64,000 nucleotides of DNA, from positions 32,001 through 96,000 of the IMG/VR virus record IMGVR_UViG_3300045391_000822. One strand, given 5' to 3'. The DNA is from a virus. The stretch's first letter is position 1. Each line of letters opens with the position of its first letter. A program made the position numbers and the translations under genes. Below are positions 56,580 to 64,000 of the stretch, piece after piece. A model generated the notes under the pieces. It was not told the DNA's origin. It saw only the letters and a program-made list of their open reading frames with translations, and searched no databases.

Positions 56580-58553
56580 GTTTTTCAGAAGCTATGAAAC
56601 CTATGAGATTCATAGGCGAGCATCAGGGAGTGAAATATTTCTGGGCAGAACCTGGTAACTTTGTTCAGGGTGGAGTCCATGCGTGGGATGAAAGCAGCGT
56701 GCTAGGCGTTCATTTGGAGCTGCCTAAGCCGTTGACGGAAGTGTCAATGGTAGACGACGCTACTATCAATAGCATCACGTTGGACTACGTAGGCAAATGG
56801 CCTTCCTTTGAAGCCCAGTCCTGGGCATGCAAAGTTGTTCATGCGGTTGTGAGGAAGTTATACATGGAGAGACCTCTTAGTCGCGCTTCTCAAGACAGAG
56901 GTCCTTGGACTGCAGGGCAAACTGAAGAGCGTCGTGTCTATCTAGATAGTGATGATTTCGAACATGATGTACGTTTATACATCGACGGTGACTTTGCTTC
57001 TACTGAAGATCGGTTGAAGTACGCTAAAGGACTTGCAAAGCAACTTAATGGTGATCTGGACAACGCACTAGAAACGTTCCTAGTAGAACTTACCCAGTAC
57101 CGACCGCAGCCCGGAAAAATAGTTGCGCCTACTACCCTTATGGGTATTGCTATGAATGCACAACGGTTGCTATCCAGAATGAAAGATTCCTGATGAACAA
57201 ATACATCATAGCGTTCGTACTATCGCCGCTGCTACTCGTATTCAGCCTTTCACAGCTGGCTAACCCGAAACAATGGATACTGGACATAGCTGGTGATCAT
57301 TGGATTGCCTATACCGTAGGTGCTTACTATCTGTTGATGTTTGCAATTTTCTGGCTCGCGTACCTGACCAAAAAGAAAGTTCTATGAAATCAATCCTCAT
57401 GATTATCATGATGGCAATACCGATGGTGTCCAATGCTTCCATACCGGCACCGTTCGATTATGCACGAGGTATGACCGAAGAAGGTGTGGTGCTGAACGAT
57501 GATGCACCAGGATCATATTTCTACGGGGATGATGGTCAAGCTGGTAGTAGCACGAATACTTGGGGTAGTTCTAAATACAAGGTTCAACATGAGCAAGAAG
57601 AGCAGAAAAACTCCGTGGACGCTCGACGAGAAGAGGGAGTTCTTCACATGGCACCAACGACTCCTAAGTGAACGGGGCTATACACAAGAGATCAAGCGTG
57701 AACTGCAACGTAATTGCAAACGTTGGCTTGATTCAATTCCATTGAAGAAATCAGAAGATCAACAATGAGCGTAAAAATTCTTGCAAGTCATGCCCTAGTT
57801 ATAATTTCCATTATGGTCCTGGTAGTAGGGTTAACAGGAATATTCACAATCATAGGTTACACGTTTAATAAACGTACTCCAACTTCCACTTTTGCGGATG
57901 AATTGTCCATCAGTGCTATAGCGGTGTTGGTTAGTATCTGTATGCTCCTGGGTTTTGCCATGTGGGGGTCGTAATGGAATACCTACCATTAGTGAAGTAC
58001 TTCTTTATAACGTGTGCATTCTTTCTTTTTATCGTTGGCCTTATATTTATGGGTGTGGCCTACGGATCCTCGTTTCAACGTAATGAAGATACAGATCTTC
58101 CGATAGGTATTAAACACGTCAAAGGTCAATTATTGATGTCCATAGGTATTATAATCGTGGGCATGCTACTCGCAGTCTTGACCTTGGCATAGGAGGTAGC
58201 ATGAAGAAGATTGAAGAGTATAGTGACGCAGAATTGACAGTTCTGTCTGCCGCGTCAATAGACCGAGTGGTAGTGTACGATCTAGGGTCTGGACTTCATT
58301 GGTTAGATGACAAGTTTAGTGGCATGTGGTGGGATCCCTTATCTCGCAAGGCAGATGCGTTTGACCTTATAGTAGGCTTGGGTATAAAGTTGAAGTTCAA
58401 CGGTAATTCGGTTCTGGCGTCATTAGAACAATCACCTTCGGTGTACATAAGTATCCAAGTTAACATCAAGGATGATAAAGAGAAGGCAGCTATGGCGGCG
58501 GTCACACAGGTGGCAGCGGCGTTTGCCCTTTACGTCATAGGGGTCACACTGTC

Positions 58554-59348
58554 ATGAGACCTTGGTACGTACAGTCCAACTTCATGCATCATGGGCAGGC
58601 AGCAAAGCTAGCCAAAGGTTTGGTAGATGCTGGCATCCAAATTATTGATGCACCGGTTATGCCAGGTGAGACTTTACAGGAATGGCCTGTAGGCGAATAC
58701 ATCGTCTACGGGTCTACCCGTTTGGTAGAAGACGCGTTCGATCAAGGTAGACCAGGTACGTTCTACAGTCCACGGCAATTCAATGTTAAGACGTGGATCC
58801 AGAATAGGCAGGACATGTTTAACTCCGATGTCGTGTTCATGTCTACAGGTAACCTACGTGAATATTGTCAGGAGCTGCACCGTAATATTTTGGAGGAAGG
58901 CCAAGATAGGCACATGTTCTTCCGACCAGTTCATGATCTTAAACCCTTCAATGCCAAGGTCCTGTCACCAGAAGACATTGCAGATGTAGATAAGTACCTA
59001 TTTGGCAACTACCAGGTAGAGGACGACGTAGAGATAGCTATATCTGAGGCACATCAGATTGATGCAGAAGTCCGATTGTTCATAGTCGGTGGTGAATACG
59101 TTTCAGGCTCCTATTACCGCCGCTATGGTGAACCGTTTCTGGAAAACTGTGATGACACCAGTCTACGTGAAGAAATGATTTGGTTGAATAAAGGACAATG
59201 GCTACCACACCAGAATTGTGTACTAGATATGGCATGGTCAGGAGGTAGTTGGTATGCTCTGGAATTCAATTGCATCAATGCCAGTGGATTCTATGATCAT
59301 GATGTAGCAAAGGTGGCTAAAGCCTTGTCTTCACAGGAATGGGTATGA
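58554..59348 (+). CDS. ATP-grasp domain protein (DUF4343-like)
   Basis: YGS, FFRP..DLKPF, EVRLFIVGG, VLDMA and EFNCINASGFY. Confidence 0.8.
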   Translation: MRPWYVQSNFMHHGQAAKLAKGLVDAGIQIIDAPVMPGETLQEWPVGEYIVYGSTRLVEDAFDQGRPGTFYSPRQFNVKTWIQNRQDMFNSDVVFMSTGNLREYCQELHRNILEEGQDRHMFFRPVHDLKPFNAKVLSPEDIADVDKYLFGNYQVEDDVEIAISEAHQIDAEVRLFIVGGEYVSGSYYRRYGEPFLENCDDTSLREEMIWLNKGQWLPHQNCVLDMAWSGGSWYALEFNCINASGFYDHDVAKVAKALSSQEWV

Positions 59349-60416
59349 ACACCGACGGCATAGGTATTATGCCTTATAGGTTGTACGGCAAGAAGGTTGT
59401 ACTGAATGAGAATCTTGTGGTGCCGGTCAACGTGGAAATCAAGAGGACATGGAAGGAACGTTTCTTTTCCAGACCGTGGCGTCCACTCAAGGCAACCAAG
59501 ATAATGATCAAGTATAAACCGTCTCCCGACATCATGGTCGTAGGCAACGATACTTGGATAATGCACCCGGATACGATGGCAAAAATTGCTGAACAAATAG
59601 GAACGTTGGTCAAATGAAAATCGAAAACGTCAAGAGCCTCATCGAGCACGCAGAAAAGGGTAAAGATGTTCGGGTCCTGTTGACGGACACCGATCAAACT
59701 AAATTCACCATGTGTATGCTTGCAGCTATGTCAGGGCATTCGCTTGAATCGATATACGAACAGAGCCTTACTCAGCATCAAAAAGATCACACCATGCAAC
59801 TCTATGAAAGCTGGTGTGATCGGATCCAGGAGTCAGGTGGGGTTCTTCAGATCATGACCACGCTCCAAATTCCTGATCTGGAGAGTATGTTCCACGAGAT
59901 GAAAGAGGCGATGGCAGTGTCAGGTGACATGATGGTGTTCGTTGTAGAGCGGTATGAACCTCGACCGAAGTGGTTCGATTTGATTCCTCAACAAGCGTTG
60001 ATACTGGAGTAGGTCATGACTGTACTCATTAACGTCGCTGATATGAAACCGGAAGGTTCAGATAAAACGTATCGTCAGTTGAATATGGAGAAGACATGGA
60101 ACATTCCGTTGAATTCCTTAGTCAAGGAACTGAAATATAATCTGAGTACTGGTGAATACGTAGATCATCCACACGGTATGGTTTTACGGGTAGTCCGTCA
60201 GGGAAGAGATTGCGATGGGACTCCCTTGTATTACCTAGGGTCGATGACCGCAGAGCGTTATGAGGAACAGATGGCCCTGATGAGAAGGGCCGTGGTAAAA
60301 GTAGAAGGAGAACCTGCTATCAGTGGTCGGTATTTTGGACCACTAGTTGAAGGTGGTTACGCAGAAGAATCTTTGAAGGTGATAGCACTTCCTCACGAGA
60401 TAGAGGAGGACGACTA

Positions 60417-60650
60417 ATGGATGTGCCTCAATTTAGCTACCAAATTATTCAGGACTACAATCCAGGGCGGTTGGCTATCGCAGTTAGCGAGATGCTAGCC
60501 AAAGGGTATATGCTGCACGGACCTCTTATAGTTAGTGAGAAGACTACGGAGCGGACATATATCCAAGCAGTTGTCTTACCGGCGTTGAAGCCACAACCAA
60601 AGCCCAAAGCTAAGAAAGAAAAGAAAGAGGAACCAAATGAATACAGCTGA
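60417..60650 (+). CDS. DUF1737-like protein
   Basis: YQII...L...V...LAKGYMLHG...YIQAVV. Confidence 0.6.
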   Translation: MDVPQFSYQIIQDYNPGRLAIAVSEMLAKGYMLHGPLIVSEKTTERTYIQAVVLPALKPQPKPKAKKEKKEEPNEYS

Positions 60651-61053
60651 GCTCGAAGGAGCGGTACTCAACTACTGGGTTGCACAAGTAGAACAGCTTC
60701 TGTGTAAGGTACACGTGAATCAATTTGGTGTATCGGTGGCCAGGACTAACAGAGGAGTCTACAATCCTGCAGGTATTCCGTCGGAAGGCCATCCCTTGAT
60801 GGAGCTCTACCTAATTGGAGTAGATACGTGGCAACGAGATATGTTCAGTGACAATATCTGGGCAGCTTCGTTCTCTCACCCGGTACCACACCCAGATACA
60901 AAACGTAGTCCCAGTCATCATCGTATGCGCGGTCCACGACCGCTTGTAGCGGCGATGCGTACCTTGGTGTCTTCAAAGTATGGCGACCAGGTACCAGAAA
61001 TTCCAAAAGAAGATCTTGTTATTGAAGAGCTGGATATTTTTAGGAGTAGATAA
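60637..61053 (+). CDS. NinX/DUF2591-like protein
   Basis: ELEGAVLNYWVA...YNP...G.PL...G..PLVAAMR.LV.SKYG..V. Confidence 0.7.
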   Translation: MNTAELEGAVLNYWVAQVEQLLCKVHVNQFGVSVARTNRGVYNPAGIPSEGHPLMELYLIGVDTWQRDMFSDNIWAASFSHPVPHPDTKRSPSHHRMRGPRPLVAAMRTLVSSKYGDQVPEIPKEDLVIEELDIFRSR

Positions 61054-61898
61054 TGCTAGGTTGGATGAGTAAGTTTCAACAACGTGTTCAGCGATGGATG
61101 TTCAGGGTCTTTGATGAAGAAATTGTCCTAAGTGCTGAAGAGCGTAATGAACGCTTTCTGGAAGAAGCCGTAGAGCTTGTCCAGGCGTTGAACATGACGG
61201 AAGAACAGGCCATTCAAGTTGTGAAGTATGTATTCGGTCGTCCGAAAGGTGAGGTTCGCCAAGAAGTGGGCGGTGTCATGGTTACGCTTGCTACGCTATG
61301 TTCCGTTCAGGGTATAAATCCCTTTACGTGCGCAGATGTAGAGATGACTCGAGTTGAAGACCCAGCGATCATGGCCAAGGTTAAGGCGAAACAAGCACTG
61401 AAGCCGAAGTTTCGCGCAGACCGACCTGATCTTAGCTTCGAGATGACACGTGAAGAATTCATCCATCGCTTTCCGTGGGTTGACCCGACCGTTGGTAAGG
61501 AAGGTGCTGATCCGATGCGTCGCAATAGCGATCTCGATTTGAAGCCATGCGTGGTGGAGAAGCAGGGTCACGTCGCGGTCTGCACAGGATCGGTTCATAA
61601 GGGGTTAGGTTACATTCGTCCTAGTCCTTCTGCTCACCTTGATCGTGTTGCCAATCTAGATTGGGAGCTGTTCTCGGTTTCGTCGATAGGGGTTATCGAT
61701 GGCCAGACATATCTATGGGGTATGTATGTTGAGGGCATTGGTGCGTTCAACGTTATGGTTCCCAAGGAGTTCACCCGAGAGCTTCTACCGCATGAACGCG
61801 AAGCTTGGTCCAAACAACGTATGGGAATGTATGGATCCCATTCCGATAAATTCAGCTATACAACAGGATCTGGTGTAGCACCTGTGGAAGAAGCATGA
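61053..61898 (+). CDS. MazG-like nucleotide pyrophosphohydrolase domain fused to an unknown C-terminal domain
   Basis: ER..RFLEEAVELVQA...EV.QEVGGVMVTL all-alpha NTP-PPase pattern. Confidence 0.65.
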   Translation: MLGWMSKFQQRVQRWMFRVFDEEIVLSAEERNERFLEEAVELVQALNMTEEQAIQVVKYVFGRPKGEVRQEVGGVMVTLATLCSVQGINPFTCADVEMTRVEDPAIMAKVKAKQALKPKFRADRPDLSFEMTREEFIHRFPWVDPTVGKEGADPMRRNSDLDLKPCVVEKQGHVAVCTGSVHKGLGYIRPSPSAHLDRVANLDWELFSVSSIGVIDGQTYLWGMYVEGIGAFNVMVPKEFTRELLPHEREAWSKQRMGMYGSHSDKFSYTTGSGVAPVEEA

Positions 61899-64000
61899 AG
61901 TACTATCTGTTCTCTCTAGTCCTGATAGGTATAGGATATGCCCTGCAACGACGTGAGCACATAAGCCTAGGTGGCGTGTGTATTGCAATCGGATCAGGTA
62001 TCCTCTTAGGTGCAGTAGCAGGTGACGTTATCATCTATTTCGTAACTTCAGTTTAGGAACTGACCATGATCTTCAGTGTAGGTTTGATACTACTCCTCGC
62101 AGGATTCATTCTGGTGTACACAGAAGTTAATTCCCCAACTCCGAAAAGACAGAGGGTGCTGGTACCTCCTATAAAGTATCTTACCGAAGAGCCGGAACCG
62201 GTTCCGGCTGTAGTAGGCGTGGTAGCATTTGCGCTAGGTATCCTGCTGATGTCCATATCATTGATAATAGTGGCACTGCACTATCTTCCATAGGAGAACA
62301 CGATGTACGTTATGTCAGATAAGGAGTTCGCAGCGCGTATCAAAGAGGTAGCGTCTGACCTCGAGCTAGGTACGTTAACTCGAAACGAGTTCTGCATTCT
62401 CCTACGAGACACCTTAGTAAAATCCTACGAAACTGTTGATAGTGGTGCTGAAGTCCTTCTTAAGGACATCGAGAACATGAGCCAGGTTGAAGCAGTGAAA
62501 TTCATACGAGGAAAGACGAGTTTGAGTCTTCGGGAATCACTTGATTACTTCAATCGGCTGACCAATAGCCAGAAATGGAACGTTGTTCGATAAGGGGTTA
62601 CTTGTGGTAGATCAAGTTGCTGAAACTGTTGTACTTGTTGAAGTACGGTCGTTGATGTGGAAAGATCAAGTTATAGTTCCTGCCGGATATCGATTCGTGA
62701 ATTGCCGATTCGATGGTTGTACCTTTGTAGGTAAAGGTGGTGAGTTCATCAACTGCGAGATTAATACTCACCTACTGCCTGAGTTCAATGGACAGCTCTA
62801 CAGAGCCATGCTTTCCTGGCGAGAAATTGATCTCGGTGATGTTGACTACGCGTCTGCGGTAGCTGAAGTTCGACAGATGCAAGGAATATACGAAGCGATA
62901 AGGCGAGTCTTCGTCAGCAAGGTAAAGCAAGCACAGGTTCTTTCGTTTCATGAGCAGATTACGTTGAAGATGAAACGTGCTGAATTCGAAGCCTGGTTCT
63001 TTCCTCCGATGGTCACCGAGCAGATGATTGCGTTTGAAGATGGCCATTACCTGAACCCAGTGACTGAAGGTGCCTGGCGAGAATGGCTAAACAACAACGC
63101 CTACAAGGCGATACATTGATCAACGGTGGTTAAATGGGGCTCGGAAAGCTTATGGGGACATTCGACTACGTGAATTTTGGTAAGGTCATGCCTGATGGAT
63201 TCACTATCCGTGATGCGCAAACTAAGGACCTAGATTGTGATTTTCGTACCTATAGGTTGGTACCTCGCACAGACATAATAGATCACCCGTACCTACAGTT
63301 GGTAGTAGACACTCTTGATTTTGGGAAAGAAGGTCTTCCTAAGACAACGAAAGACCAGGACTATACGGGAAGTCTTTACTTCTACGGTGATGGCTTCAAG
63401 GAGAACGAGAAAGAATTTCTTTCTTGCTATGCTCTGTTCCATCGAGGCCACCTGCTGAAAATCTTTGTGCATCGCTTCGGAACAGCACCAGAATATCTGC
63501 TGATGGGTGAGCTTTCCGAATTCAATTCGTTGGAAGCCTCGTTAGAGGATGGTAGTATGCTCTTGGCAACCAAAATGGAACTCGAGAAAAAGAGCTACGA
63601 ATTTTATAGTCCAGGTCTTATACCAGGACCGTAGTTCGTAGGATTTGGTTATGACGCAGCGCCTTACCCTGATACTCATGTCAGTAGTTGTACTCTGCGG
63701 AGTATTTCTTAAACCCCAATCGATAGATACGGCTCTCTTCTTCTGGGTAGTCACTCTATTGATGTTCAAACATAGCGATAGACTCGACAAGGAATCAACT
63801 CCTTTGGACAAGGTGCTATTGGTTGCGCTCATCATGGCAACCCTTAAGAGTCTGTTGGCCTAGGCAAGGATACCAGTGTACGTAATTCGGAAAGCTTCAT
63901 CGAAGCCCAAGGTTAAAACCTTTGCAAAGATGTATGGTACAGGTAATCCGTACCAGCAGGAACAGATAAAGAAACCTGAGCCACCTAAAGTGGACTTCGC

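Larger units (their letters stand above)
46160..63863 (+). other. block of about 45 small, tightly packed accessory/early genes
   Basis: Continuous + strand ORFs with overlapping stops and starts, mostly without recognisable motifs. Confidence 0.75.

Noticed and set aside
1-64000. Stop-codon reassignment as seen in some jumbo phages
   Set aside because: Known genes are intact in the standard code, all three stops are used, and no suppressor tRNA was found.

Overview
This window is part of a large (jumbo-type) myophage genome, probably from a proteobacterial host, in the standard genetic code. 1-13.5 kb (+ strand): the 3' part of an NAD-dependent DNA ligase, a Prs-like plus Nampt-like pair (NARP1 Adps/Namat-type NAD+ reconstitution), YqeY, a P-loop kinase, a PC4-like protein, a type IB topoisomerase and a Nudix hydrolase. 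13.5-24 kb (+): a very RNA-rich island. It holds most of the window's about 22 tRNA or tRNA-like genes, a tRNA-Leu(UAA) split by a 703-nt group I intron, a circularly permuted two-piece tmRNA, a free-standing GIY-YIG-type endonuclease and several orphan ncRNAs closed by long stems. The most striking part is an array of six Y-RNA-like units directly upstream of a Ro60/Rsr (TROVE-vWA) gene. The units share a conserved scaffold, but each carries a different tRNA-mimic module (Gln, Asn, Ser, Cys anticodon loops and others). A similar permuted tRNA module also sits inside the group I intron. 28.2-46 kb (- strand): the head/tail module (tube, sheath, major capsid protein, scaffold, protease), plus an Acb1-like 2H phosphoesterase and a large SNF2-type helicase. 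46-64 kb (+): dense small accessory genes. All calls come from reading the sequence by eye; no database searches were run.
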